NCBI GenBank assembly: GCA_049975265.1
Contig: JBNGDF010000001.1
Span: 118,218 to 182,217 of the forward strand
Origin: Fidelibacterota bacterium
GTDB lineage: Bacteria; Fidelibacterota; UBA2242
Length of the DNA: 64,000 bases
Reading direction: 5' to 3'
Shown: positions 28,275 to 37,478 of the stretch, in pieces
How positions within the stretch are numbered: position 1 is the stretch's first letter
Layout: every line of letters starts with the position of its first letter
Notes under the pieces: generated by a model
Told to the model about the DNA's origin: nothing
The model's database searches: none
Seen by the model: the letters and a program-made list of their open reading frames with translations, nothing else
Position numbers and translations under genes: made by a program

Positions 28275-29423
28275 TCAATCTCCGAGTTTGGAGAGCGCTT
28301 TGCGGGCGGATTTTAGGGCGATGGAGATCATTCTGTCCTGAAATTCTGCCACCTCTGCCGGTTTCGGCTGGATCTTTTCCCATCGTCTGAGTTGCCGTGC
28401 GGTGACACGGAATATCCGGTTTTGTGCCCGGTCCAGAATTCGGCGGAGGCTCTGATATTTGCCCATGTCAATACGGGTCTCGTCAACATAGATGGTGTTT
28501 TTAATGTCTCTGAAGACCGAATTTAAGAGCGCGCTGTCCATTCCGCTCAGTGCATCGGGTATCCGCTCTGCCCGGACCCACAGTGGAACGGCAATGGCAG
28601 CAGCCGGTTCGCCCAAGGTACACCAGAAGGTCGTCATTTCCGGACTATTATCGGCAGTGCCGTCAAAGATAGCCGCGGATACGGTTCGATGGCGGTTGAT
28701 GGTATTACGGGTCTCCCGCAGCCGGGGCTGATGGGGGTCCAGTAAGGAATCGGGCAGAGTCATGTCCCGGGAGACGGTCGTGATCAGGTAGCGGTGGTCG
28801 AGCTGCCCTTTTTGAATGGCATCGGCAATAAGCGATTTTGCCTGGTTATAGCGGATTCTGCCATAGCCTTCGGAGGAACGGGCATTGTGGGCGAAATTGG
28901 CACGTACCAGATAACCCGGTGGATCGGCATCAAACCGAAAGTATTCGTGATTGCCTGTTTCGAAGAAAGCGGCGCTTCCCAGTGCATCAATGACACCAAA
29001 ATTGCTGGTGACCTTGCGTCCCGATGAATTACTTCTGCGGAGCATCTCCTCGAAATCATCGATAGTCCGGCAGTGCCGGAGGGCGGCTTTCATCCAGATG
29101 CCCTCATCGTCGTAGCCGGTGTTTTCGTCGGGGCGTGCCAGATCGCGGGATTCGGCATTCATGATGGCAAAGCCGAAATTGTTCACTCCCGCCCAGACCT
29201 GGCTTGTATCGCCGGCATTGATCAGTCCCAGATAGTGCATGGAATTATCATTGAAAAAGACAATCGCATTTTGTTCAAAACCGGAATCCCGGTTTTTCCA
29301 GAGTAAAACGTGGTTGCTTTTGGTGGCATTTGGTCCGGCAAGTCCGGTGGTACAAGCGAAGGTAGCCGGTATGGAGCCGGAAATGCTTATCGAGATGGCG
29401 AGAATGATGAGCCTTGTTTTCAT
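28275..29423 (-). CDS. secreted N-terminal-nucleophile cysteine hydrolase, peptidase C69-like dipeptidase
   Basis: Signal peptide then ...FACTTGLAG...LLWKNRDSG matching C69 N-terminal nucleophile block (ACTTILVG...LIARNED) with Cys directly after predicted cleavage site. Confidence 0.6.
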   Translation of the reverse strand: MKTRLIILAISISISGSIPATFACTTGLAGPNATKSNHVLLWKNRDSGFEQNAIVFFNDNSMHYLGLINAGDTSQVWAGVNNFGFAIMNAESRDLARPDENTGYDDEGIWMKAALRHCRTIDDFEEMLRRSNSSGRKVTSNFGVIDALGSAAFFETGNHEYFRFDADPPGYLVRANFAHNARSSEGYGRIRYNQAKSLIADAIQKGQLDHRYLITTVSRDMTLPDSLLDPHQPRLRETRNTINRHRTVSAAIFDGTADNSPEMTTFWCTLGEPAAAIAVPLWVRAERIPDALSGMDSALLNSVFRDIKNTIYVDETRIDMGKYQSLRRILDRAQNRIFRVTARQLRRWEKIQPKPAEVAEFQDRMISIALKSARKALSKLGD

Positions 29424-29448
29424 TACTGGTTACCTTTTAAATGTGGAA

Positions 29449-30378
29449 TCAGGACAGCCTGTCGATATATTCGGAGGCGGTCAGTGCACCGATGGTACCA
29501 TCTCCCACCGCTTCGGCGATCTGCCGGAATTTCTTGGAGCGTACATCGCCAACGGCAAAAACACCCCTGATATTGGTGTGCATATAACGATCGGTGATAA
29601 TGTGTCCGTCGTCGTCCAGCTCCACCAGGTCTTTGACAAAATCCGTATTTGGTGTCCAGCCGATGAATATGAAAACCCCTTCGGTCTTTTTGGTGTCGAT
29701 TTTGCCGGTTTTAACATTTTTAATTGTCACGGCTTCCACTAGATTTTCACCCGTGATTGCGGTAACAACGGAGTCCCAGATAAAGTCGATCTGTTTGTGG
29801 TCGTAGGCACGCTGTTGCAGGATCGGACTGGCGCGCAGCTGATCACGGCGGTGAATAACGGTTACCTTACTGGCGAATTTTGTCAGAAAAAGAGCCTCCT
29901 GAATGGCGGCATCGCCTCCGCCGACCACGACGATTTCGGCGTCTTTGTAAAAGGGACCGTCGCAGGTGGCGCAATAGGAAACACCCCGACCGGTCAATTC
30001 CTTTTCACCGGGGACATTTAGCAGGCGGGGCAGACCGCCGGTGGCAATGATAACCGTTTTGCTGTGGTACTCTTTTTTTTCTGTTTTTACTATATGGAAC
30101 TTTTCACCGGGAGTAATGGCGCTGGCTTCATCATACTCCCTGATGACGACATTGAACCGCTCGGCTTGGCGCCGAAATTTCTGCATCAGTTCCGGTCCCG
30201 GGATCCCTTCGGGAAATCCGGGGTAATTCTCAATCAGGTCGGTGACATTTGGGATACCGCCGGTCATTGATTTTTCCAGCAGCAGCGTGTCCAGTTTTTC
30301 CCGGGCGGTATAGATTGATGAGGTGAATCCGGCAGGACCGCCACCGATAATCACGACGTCGTAAACTTTATCCATCAC
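29449..30378 (-). CDS. trxB: thioredoxin-disulfide reductase
   Basis: FAD motif VIIGGGPAG, redox-active CATCDG, NADPH motif VVVGGGDAA, ~309 aa. Confidence 0.9.
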   Translation of the reverse strand: MMDKVYDVVIIGGGPAGFTSSIYTAREKLDTLLLEKSMTGGIPNVTDLIENYPGFPEGIPGPELMQKFRRQAERFNVVIREYDEASAITPGEKFHIVKTEKKEYHSKTVIIATGGLPRLLNVPGEKELTGRGVSYCATCDGPFYKDAEIVVVGGGDAAIQEALFLTKFASKVTVIHRRDQLRASPILQQRAYDHKQIDFIWDSVVTAITGENLVEAVTIKNVKTGKIDTKKTEGVFIFIGWTPNTDFVKDLVELDDDGHIITDRYMHTNIRGVFAVGDVRSKKFRQIAEAVGDGTIGALTASEYIDRLS

Positions 30379-30546
30379 TTTTTACCTCCGTGGTTTATTC
30401 TTTAAAAAGCGCCCAATTAAATTGATTCCACAATTACAAAAGCGTTACGCCGGAATAGTTTACATGTTTTTTAAAAAAGTTCCTAATGGGAAAAGAATAA
30501 ACCAATTCCCTGTTTCCGATCCGCTAAATTTTTCCTAAATTTAAAC

Positions 30547-30918
30547 ATGTTAAAAGGTGACAAAGAGATCATTTTAGTGGGTGACCGGGTGCTGATTGAT
30601 CCGGACACCGATCAGTCCAAAACCCCGTCCGGTCTTTATCTGCCACCGGGTGTCAAGGAGAAGGAGATCGTCCAGGGTGGTTATATTGTCAAGGTCGGTC
30701 CCGGATTTCCGATCCCAGTTATGGATGAGTCCTCCGATGAACCCTGGGCGCAGGAATACCGCGAGCCCCAGTACATGCCGCTCCAGGCGGAAGAGGGCGA
30801 TTATGCCATCTTTCTGCGCAAACATGCCATTGAAATTGAGCTGGAGGGCAAGAAATATATCATTGTGCCGCACTCCTACATACTGGTTCTGATCCGGGAA
30901 GATTTTCTGGATGAATAG
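30547..30918 (+). CDS. GroES-like co-chaperonin-fold protein with ~50-aa internal insertion (stand-alone, no groEL nearby)
   Basis: N-terminal LVGDRVLIDPDTDQSKTPSGLYLP...IVQGGYIVKVGPG follows the GroES pattern; extra acidic segment before final beta-strands KKYIIVPHSYILVLI. Confidence 0.5.
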   Translation: MLKGDKEIILVGDRVLIDPDTDQSKTPSGLYLPPGVKEKEIVQGGYIVKVGPGFPIPVMDESSDEPWAQEYREPQYMPLQAEEGDYAIFLRKHAIEIELEGKKYIIVPHSYILVLIREDFLDE

Positions 30919-30977
30919 AAAAAAACGGCTGACTTTCTGTCAACCGCTTTTTATAATTAAAAACCGTTGAATTTATC

Positions 30978-31844
30978 TTAATCTATCCAGCGAACATCGA
31001 CACTGCCAAGACCGATTTCGATCACCAGATAAATACGCCGCCCGGCATTTTTCCAGTTTTTGCTGCGATAGATATTCTTTTCGATCTCTCTGAATCCATT
31101 GAAATTGAGGGAAGACAGAAATGAGCTTTCAGCTTCGATCTGGACGGCGTATTCTTCCGGTATTTCAATGGTCAGGGAGCCGAGCCCGACAGTCAGCCGC
31201 CCCTTGATATCGCGTCTCAGATCGCCGTCAAACCGTAATTTTGTTGATCCTAGACCAGATTCCACGCTGAACCGGTCCATATTGCTATTGCACAGTCCGG
31301 TCACCTCCACGTTGCCCAGACCTGTTTGAATGACCAAGTTGCGGATACGCTCGGGATTATTTTTAGCAAATTCGATCAGCACATCGCTGAGCCCGCATTC
31401 CAGATTAAGATCGCTGACCCTGATTTTTGTAAAATCGAGAACACCCTTGCCCAACCCAAATTCAATATCATAGGCAGTGGGTACCTGATCCGTCATGGCG
31501 ATGCGCCAGTGATTATTTTTAATGTCGGAATCGCTTTTTTTTGAGCGCCCCCAGACAGATTTGTCTTTATTCTGATGGGAGACCATCTTCAGCTTGCCCC
31601 GGTCGCCTACGGTTTTATAGCTGATTTCCGGACGGTAAATATCTTTTGAGTAGGTTACTTCCGCCTGCATAAGGTATTTGGAATTGTCAATACTGCGCAG
31701 CTCCAGCTGTCCCAACCCGAATTCAATGCCCACATCCAGCTCCTTTTCGCCTTTGTAGGGCACGCTGTGTCGCTCGGCGACGATATTATTGGATTGGGCG
31801 CTTATGGACAGGAAAATCAAAATCGGGAGGATGATCTTTTTCAT
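30978..31844 (-). CDS. DUF4097-family putative adhesin / beta-helix repeat protein (secreted)
   Basis: Start moved to ATG 31844 (AAGAGG 7 nt upstream); signal peptide MKKIILPILIFLSISAQS; seven iterated x(I/V)xxGLGxxxL(x)F units (IEFGLGQLEL, IEFGLGKGVL, IQTGLGNVEV, VESGLGSTKL, LTVGLGSLTI, IEIGLGSVDV). Confidence 0.55.
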   Translation of the reverse strand: MKKIILPILIFLSISAQSNNIVAERHSVPYKGEKELDVGIEFGLGQLELRSIDNSKYLMQAEVTYSKDIYRPEISYKTVGDRGKLKMVSHQNKDKSVWGRSKKSDSDIKNNHWRIAMTDQVPTAYDIEFGLGKGVLDFTKIRVSDLNLECGLSDVLIEFAKNNPERIRNLVIQTGLGNVEVTGLCNSNMDRFSVESGLGSTKLRFDGDLRRDIKGRLTVGLGSLTIEIPEEYAVQIEAESSFLSSLNFNGFREIEKNIYRSKNWKNAGRRIYLVIEIGLGSVDVRWID

Positions 31845-31876
31845 GAAGTAAACCTCTTTAGATGTCAAAGCCAATT

Positions 31877-33109
31877 CTACTGGCGACGGATGTCGATATT
31901 TCCGCCGCTGGTTTTTAGAGTAATATCATCACCGCCGCCATTGATGCGTCCTTCACCAGTGATTATCAGTTTGGAGCCACGGCTCTCTTTTTGGATGTCG
32001 AGCGGGAAATCAGAGCGGATCTCGCAACGATCCCATTTGTCATAAACCGTAATTTGGGCGAAAATGTCGGCTTTCATATAATCGGGTATTGTAAGGGAAA
32101 TATCCCCACCGGAAGATGCCAGATCAATTTTATGGTTGGGGAGCGATTTTCTAAGCAGCTTATTTACCTCAATATCTCCACCGGAGGTCCGACCGTAGAC
32201 GGCTCCGTAAACCTCAGATATGTAGATATCACCGCCTGATGTAGTAGCCTGAATTTTTTCTTCAGCCATGCGGACTTCAATATCCCCACCGGATGTGTTC
32301 AGCGTACATTCGCCGCTGACCCTGCCGATGTCAATATCGCCGCCCGAGGTATTTAGCGTTAATTCCGCATCAATATCATCGGCACCAATATCACCACCCG
32401 AGGTGCTGCCCTTGAAAAATTTACCTCTGACGCCAGCAATGTAAATGTCACCACCCGAGGTCTTGATTTCGCCGTCACCGATCAACTTTTTAACGGTAAT
32501 GTCGCCGCCCGAGGTTTTGGCGTAAGTATTGCCGGATATTTGATTTAAAACGACATCACCGCCCGAGGTTATCGCCCGGATTTCGGCTCTGCAATCACGG
32601 ATGCTTATATCTCCGCCGGAAGTATTGACCGTTAATTTTCCGGCTGTCTCCAGAATATCAATGTCTCCGCCCGAAGTACGGATTTCGATAATGCCATTTA
32701 CGGTTTCGGTCACAATATCACCACCAATTACGTCAATATTGAGATTGAAGTTGTTCGGAACCTGTATGGTAAAGTCGTTTTGATAGCGCCGGAAATTGTC
32801 ACCCCCTTCGATCGTCAGGACATCGCCCTTTTGAATATATTTGGCGCGGTAAGCCCGGAGTATTTTTTCAGCCTCTTTTTCGGAATAGGTATTAATCCGG
32901 AAACGCTCGGTAACCGTGACATTATTACGGGCTGCGCCGACAATTTTGATATCACCGCGAATCTTCTTCATCACCAGGGAGCCCTTTTCGGAAATATTGT
33001 ATTCCTTGACCGATTCGCCATGATAACGCATGCCGTCGTATTCCAATTTCTGAGCCGGCAGCTGGCAGTAGAGAAGGATTAAAATTAAAATTAGACGATT
33101 TATTTTCAT
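31877..33109 (-). CDS. DUF4097-family putative adhesin / beta-helix repeat protein (secreted), TSGGDI repeat type
   Basis: Signal peptide LILILILLYCQLPAQ; at least 13 tandem ~19-aa units each containing (T/S)SGGDI(x)I; stop overlaps start region of downstream paralogue. Confidence 0.6.
   Translation of the reverse strand: MKINRLILILILLYCQLPAQKLEYDGMRYHGESVKEYNISEKGSLVMKKIRGDIKIVGAARNNVTVTERFRINTYSEKEAEKILRAYRAKYIQKGDVLTIEGGDNFRRYQNDFTIQVPNNFNLNIDVIGGDIVTETVNGIIEIRTSGGDIDILETAGKLTVNTSGGDISIRDCRAEIRAITSGGDVVLNQISGNTYAKTSGGDITVKKLIGDGEIKTSGGDIYIAGVRGKFFKGSTSGGDIGADDIDAELTLNTSGGDIDIGRVSGECTLNTSGGDIEVRMAEEKIQATTSGGDIYISEVYGAVYGRTSGGDIEVNKLLRKSLPNHKIDLASSGGDISLTIPDYMKADIFAQITVYDKWDRCEIRSDFPLDIQKESRGSKLIITGEGRINGGGDDITLKTSGGNIDIRRQ
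31912..32707 (-). repeat. intragenic ~57-nt periodic imperfect tandem repeats (encode TSGGDI beta-strand units)
   Basis: Recurring ccgccgga / ccacc(c)ga(g/a)gt(g/a) ... atatc(a/g)cc blocks visible on plus strand 32100-32700. Confidence 0.5.
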
Positions 33110-34149
33110 TGCAACACCTGTTGGTTACTTTTTTCCAGAATAATGTCCAGGTAATTCTGAGCGGTTTTACGCAGTGTCGAATCGGGGTCATTGGTGGCAA
33201 TTAATGCCAGAATCGGCACAGTTGTTTCATCGGCGCTCTGATAGAGCTCTTTGACGGCTCGGCGTCGAATTTCGAAGCTGCTGTCCCGCAGAGCGATGGT
33301 TTTGAAAGCGTCCATGATCCGGGGTGTCAGGTCATAGGATTCCAGTGCATCCATCGCCTGTTCGCGGACTTCCGGGTCACTGTCGTTAAGCAGTACCGAT
33401 ATCATGGTAGACTCGTTGCGGCTGTTCTGGGGCGATTTAGCCAATAATTTGATTGCTCGCAGGCGCCGGGAGGGGTCTTGATCGTGGATTGCCGAATACT
33501 GGAGCATGTTCAATATCGTGGGATCATCGAGACCGCCTTTAATGGCAATATCGCGGTCCACTTTCAGGTTGACTTCCACCATGCCATCATCATCCGTGGA
33601 GCTCTGGATTAGATCTGCCACCTCTACCCCACCGGACTGAATGAGATAGTTTGCCATTACCTTTTGCAGCTGTTCCTTTTCTGTATCGGTGAGAGCAACC
33701 TGATAATTGACAAAATTTGCCAGCATGCCCGGATCGTGCCGCAAACCGCTGCTCAACCAGAGTTTGCCGACGAAAACACCGATCACGAAGGTAGCCCCAA
33801 TGGCGATCAACTGATACCGGGGGTGAGCAAAGAATCCGGTAAAGGCTTCCTGTATTTCATCGAGAATACCGGTGAGGGACCATTTGAATTTGCGCTTTTT
33901 CGTCTGCCGGATGGCGCTCATGACCCTGGCATTGGCACGCTCTATCAGAGCCGGAGCGGGAACCGCCCGGGTAGTGTGTTCCAGTACCGCTTGCATGTCG
34001 TTCAGCCGCTGTAATGCAGCGGAGCACTCCGGACATTCCGCCAGATGTTTTTCAAACTGCGCCGCATCCCTGGCGCTTAGTTCGTTATGAAAATAGAGCA
34101 TCAGCATGGGTTCAAATTGCTTGTGTGTTTTCATAGTAGATTCCTTCAT
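33106..34149 (-). CDS. anti-sigma factor, zinc-finger (zf-HC2) type with one TM helix and C-terminal HEAT-like repeat domain
   Basis: FEKHLAECPECSAAL (HxxxCxxC), TM segment LIAIGATFVIGVFVGKLWL, C-terminal repeats DPEVREQAMDALESY / EIRRRAVKELYQ / DPDSTLRKTAQNYL; ATGA overlap with sigma gene. Confidence 0.7.
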   Translation of the reverse strand: MKESTMKTHKQFEPMLMLYFHNELSARDAAQFEKHLAECPECSAALQRLNDMQAVLEHTTRAVPAPALIERANARVMSAIRQTKKRKFKWSLTGILDEIQEAFTGFFAHPRYQLIAIGATFVIGVFVGKLWLSSGLRHDPGMLANFVNYQVALTDTEKEQLQKVMANYLIQSGGVEVADLIQSSTDDDGMVEVNLKVDRDIAIKGGLDDPTILNMLQYSAIHDQDPSRRLRAIKLLAKSPQNSRNESTMISVLLNDSDPEVREQAMDALESYDLTPRIMDAFKTIALRDSSFEIRRRAVKELYQSADETTVPILALIATNDPDSTLRKTAQNYLDIILEKSNQQVLQ

Positions 34150-34700
34150 GCCTTGACAAGTAAGCTTTGTAGTTTGCGGGTCGCCCGAAACAGATACCGC
34201 TTTACAGTTCCTTCGGTGCAGTCCAGGATTGCGGCGATATCTTTGATCTTTTTTCCTTCGTAATGTTTCAAAATGAAGACCACCCGCTGTTGCGAAGAGA
34301 GCTGCCGTAGCGCCCGGTCAATTTCCTCCCGCAGGGATGCATTGAGCGTCGCCTGATCGGCTTCACTGGCTTCGTCGTCCGGAATAGTCTCCCAGAGGTA
34401 ATCATCTTCGCCGGGGTCTACGGTCATCATCCGCTTTGATTTGCGATAGAAATTGAAAGCCTGATTAGCCAGAATCCGATAAACCCAGGTGAAAAACTCG
34501 CTTTCAAACCGAAAAGAGCCGATATTGCGGTATACTTTAATAAAGGTTTCCTGATACAGGTCTTCGGCGTCCTGGTAGTTTTTGGTGAAATGAAAAGCCA
34601 GCCCCATCACTCGCTCTCCGTACTTGCTCATCATCGTCTGGAAGGCCATTTCATCACCATTTTTTATTCTTTCAATCAGATCTATTTCCTGCTGATCCAT
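34146..34700 (-). CDS. RNA polymerase ECF-type sigma-70 factor
   Basis: Region 2 (DLYQETFIKVYRNIGSF, FFTWVYRILANQ) and region 4 HTH (KIKDIAAILDCTEGTVKRYLFRATRKL). Confidence 0.9.
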   Translation of the reverse strand: MDQQEIDLIERIKNGDEMAFQTMMSKYGERVMGLAFHFTKNYQDAEDLYQETFIKVYRNIGSFRFESEFFTWVYRILANQAFNFYRKSKRMMTVDPGEDDYLWETIPDDEASEADQATLNASLREEIDRALRQLSSQQRVVFILKHYEGKKIKDIAAILDCTEGTVKRYLFRATRKLQSLLVKA

Positions 34701-34770
34701 TCAAATTTCTCCCTATTTAGACATCCGCCGCTTTGTAAGGTTGTCAGCCGTTGATAAACTCTCTGAAAAG

Positions 34771-36531
34771 TTAATGCAGAACCAGACAATTACCACGAAT
34801 TATAGTGTCCCGATCGTAAATAGTCACGATATAGATGCCGGAGGATACCTTTTGTCCCTGTAAATTTTTCAGATTCCATTGAATTGATTCCGGCGTTCCG
34901 GCAATTTGGGGTGCAAGTTCGGTGCGCCAGACCAGTTCACCAAGAAGGTTATGGATGGTAAGCGGTACCCTCTTTTCAGAGGGAATCACATGAGGCCAGA
35001 GAAACCGGAGGGTCACACCGGAGATGGCTGGATTCGGCAGGGCGTAGACTCGTTTTCGCTCCAGCTGGCGACCCGGAATAAAAAGCGAATCCTGAGCGAA
35101 CATGGCTCGATATATATCGGGAACGCCCCATCCGTAACGATGGTCGGGATTGTGGCTGTGTGAGGCATTGTTTCTGAGCATTTGAATAATTTGGATCGGC
35201 GACAGTGTGGAATATTTTTCGATTAACAGGGCGGCAGACCCGGCGATTAATGGCGTGGCATAGGAGGTTCCGTCACCGGTATTGTAGGATGTCGGAGAAC
35301 CGGAGGAAGCCACGTAGATGCTGACACCGGGTGCGCAGAGATCCGGCTTGATTCGCCCGTCGGGTGTTGGACCGTGAGAGCTGAAGCCGGCGATCTGACC
35401 GTCCAGATTTACCGCCCCGACGGTCAGTGCTCCCAGGGCATCGGAAGGTGACATCAGCCCGCCGTCAGAGAAGAGCCGGGCGGCATTGCCGGCACAGATG
35501 ACCGGTAATATTCCGCGTTCGAAAGCCCAGTTGACGACACGTGCCACCGCAGTGGTCCGACCGTCCAGGTCTTCGTAGGGATGATCCTCGGCGGGATCGT
35601 CGAAGTCGTAGCGATAAGAAACCGAGGAACTGATGATATCCGCGCCATTTTCATCAGCCCACTCAACTGCCGCTACGAAGTAATCCTCCTCCACGGCGGT
35701 TTCCGATGGAATGATTTCGGTTTTTGCCAACAGGAATTCGGCACCATAGGCGGCTCCGATGTAGCTGTCTTCTACGAACCCACCAATCAGACTCCAGACG
35801 GAGGTACCGTGCCGGCACTGGATATTGCTGGTACCGCTGCCAGCCTGATCATCCTGAACATCGTTATCCTTGTAAATAAAATCCCGCTCAGCGATCAGCC
35901 GATCGCTAGTAATGATTTGTTGAAAGACCTCATGATCTTTAAAGAAACCGGCATCAATGAGAGCAATCCGCACACCTGCGCCGGTATACCCTGCCTCATG
36001 GACAGGTGGAATATTCAGTCGCTGAAGCTGCTCATAAGAGTTGCCATAGTAGGGATTGTCCGAATGAGATTTTTCAAGTGATCGGGCTGGTTCGGGAGGT
36101 GACATACGCCGGTAGCGGCGCACCATCGTAACCTCTTTGACAAACGGAAGGTCTTTGAGAGAAGATGTTTTTGAGGGATTTATCATTGCCGAATAGGCTT
36201 GCAGGGCTCGTGAATAGAACAGAATCCTTCGGCAATCCTTTTCGATGGCGGTGCGAATATGCTGACCCGGAACGGCATTGGAAAAATTCGTCTCATCAGG
36301 CGCACCTTTCTGATAAAGCCGGGCTGCACAGCGCGGGGTGATTTTCAGCGGAGTAAAATCTGCCGTGGTCAATTGGGTTGTATCCAGATAAATCCAGACC
36401 TTTTGACAGTCGTTGATGGCTGTCTGGGCGGACAGTGCCGGGGAGAGACAAAGCCAGGCGATCCAGCCGGAGATGAAAACCGCAAATGCGGCTGTGCCAG
36501 GATAAAAAATCAGATAGCTGCTGCGTCTCAC
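34771..36531 (-). CDS. S8 family subtilisin-like serine peptidase with T9SS C-terminal sorting domain
   Basis: Catalytic triad blocks ALIDAGF (Asp), HGTSVWS (His), GTSYATPLIAGSAALL (Ser); C-terminal ~80 aa ...KVSSGIYIVTIYD...NCLVLH typical type-A T9SS CTD. Confidence 0.9.
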   Translation of the reverse strand: MRRSSYLIFYPGTAAFAVFISGWIAWLCLSPALSAQTAINDCQKVWIYLDTTQLTTADFTPLKITPRCAARLYQKGAPDETNFSNAVPGQHIRTAIEKDCRRILFYSRALQAYSAMINPSKTSSLKDLPFVKEVTMVRRYRRMSPPEPARSLEKSHSDNPYYGNSYEQLQRLNIPPVHEAGYTGAGVRIALIDAGFFKDHEVFQQIITSDRLIAERDFIYKDNDVQDDQAGSGTSNIQCRHGTSVWSLIGGFVEDSYIGAAYGAEFLLAKTEIIPSETAVEEDYFVAAVEWADENGADIISSSVSYRYDFDDPAEDHPYEDLDGRTTAVARVVNWAFERGILPVICAGNAARLFSDGGLMSPSDALGALTVGAVNLDGQIAGFSSHGPTPDGRIKPDLCAPGVSIYVASSGSPTSYNTGDGTSYATPLIAGSAALLIEKYSTLSPIQIIQMLRNNASHSHNPDHRYGWGVPDIYRAMFAQDSLFIPGRQLERKRVYALPNPAISGVTLRFLWPHVIPSEKRVPLTIHNLLGELVWRTELAPQIAGTPESIQWNLKNLQGQKVSSGIYIVTIYDRDTIIRGNCLVLH

Positions 36532-37478
36532 CGTTCGGTATCTTTGCCGTTATAGGCTTTGATAATATCTTTGACCAATCTGTGGCGAACCACGTCGCCC
36601 GGATTGAAGTAGACAAAGTCGATTCCTTCGATATTCTGCAGGATATTTTTTGCTTCAATCAGTCCGGAGCTCTTTTTATCGGGAATATCGATCTGGGTAA
36701 TATCGCCGGTAATGATGGCTTTGGAATTGGCACCGAGGCGGGTTAGAAACATTTTCATCTGCATGCTGCTGGTATTTTGAGCTTCGTCCAGAATGACGAA
36801 AGCGTTGTTCAGGGTGCGACCACGCATATAGGCAAGGGGCAGAATTTCGATAGTGTGCTGATCGGTGAAGGTTTTCAGTTTTTCAGCAGGGATCATATCG
36901 TGCAGGGCGTCATAAAGCGGCGCCAGGTAGGGCTCTATTTTTTCTTTCAGATCGCCGGGAAGAAAACCGAGGCTTTCACCGGCTTCGACGGCAGGGCGGG
37001 TCAGGATAATCCGTTTGACTTCATGGTTGCGCAGCGCGGCAACCGCGATTGCCACCGCCAGATAGGTTTTGCCGGTTCCGGCGGGACCGATTCCGAATAC
37101 GATATCGTTTTTCAGTGTTGCCCGATAGTATTTTTCCTGATTGACAGAGCGTGGTTTGATTGTACCGGACTTTTTAAAAAGAATGACAGTCTCCGCCGTG
37201 ATCTCCTGGTCCAGGGGATGATCGCTCAGTTCCAGGCTGATCAGCGTTTCTACGTCGGCAGCTTCAACGAAACCTTTCTGGGATGCGGTTAGCATCATTT
37301 CACCCAGAATCCGGTTTACCTGTTCAATGTGATCCGGCGTGCCCTCCAGGTGAATCTGCGTTCCCCGGGCGAAAATCTTCAGCGGAAATTTATCGGTCAG
37401 CATTTTCAGGAAGAGGTCATTGCTTCCCATAATCTGGAGCGGATCGATGCCTTTGATGTCTATGGTTTTACGTGTCAT
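36528..37478 (-). CDS. phoH: PhoH family ATPase
   Basis: Walker A GIGPAGTGKTYLAV, conserved PhoH blocks RIILTRPAVEAGESLGFLPGDL, FVILDEAQN. Confidence 0.9.
   Translation of the reverse strand: MTRKTIDIKGIDPLQIMGSNDLFLKMLTDKFPLKIFARGTQIHLEGTPDHIEQVNRILGEMMLTASQKGFVEAADVETLISLELSDHPLDQEITAETVILFKKSGTIKPRSVNQEKYYRATLKNDIVFGIGPAGTGKTYLAVAIAVAALRNHEVKRIILTRPAVEAGESLGFLPGDLKEKIEPYLAPLYDALHDMIPAEKLKTFTDQHTIEILPLAYMRGRTLNNAFVILDEAQNTSSMQMKMFLTRLGANSKAIITGDITQIDIPDKKSSGLIEAKNILQNIEGIDFVYFNPGDVVRHRLVKDIIKAYNGKDTER

Noticed and set aside
30379-30546. Looked for an HrcA CIRCE operator (TTAGCACTC-N9-GAGTGCTAA) upstream of the GroES-like gene
   Set aside because: No matching inverted repeat present in the 168-bp upstream region.
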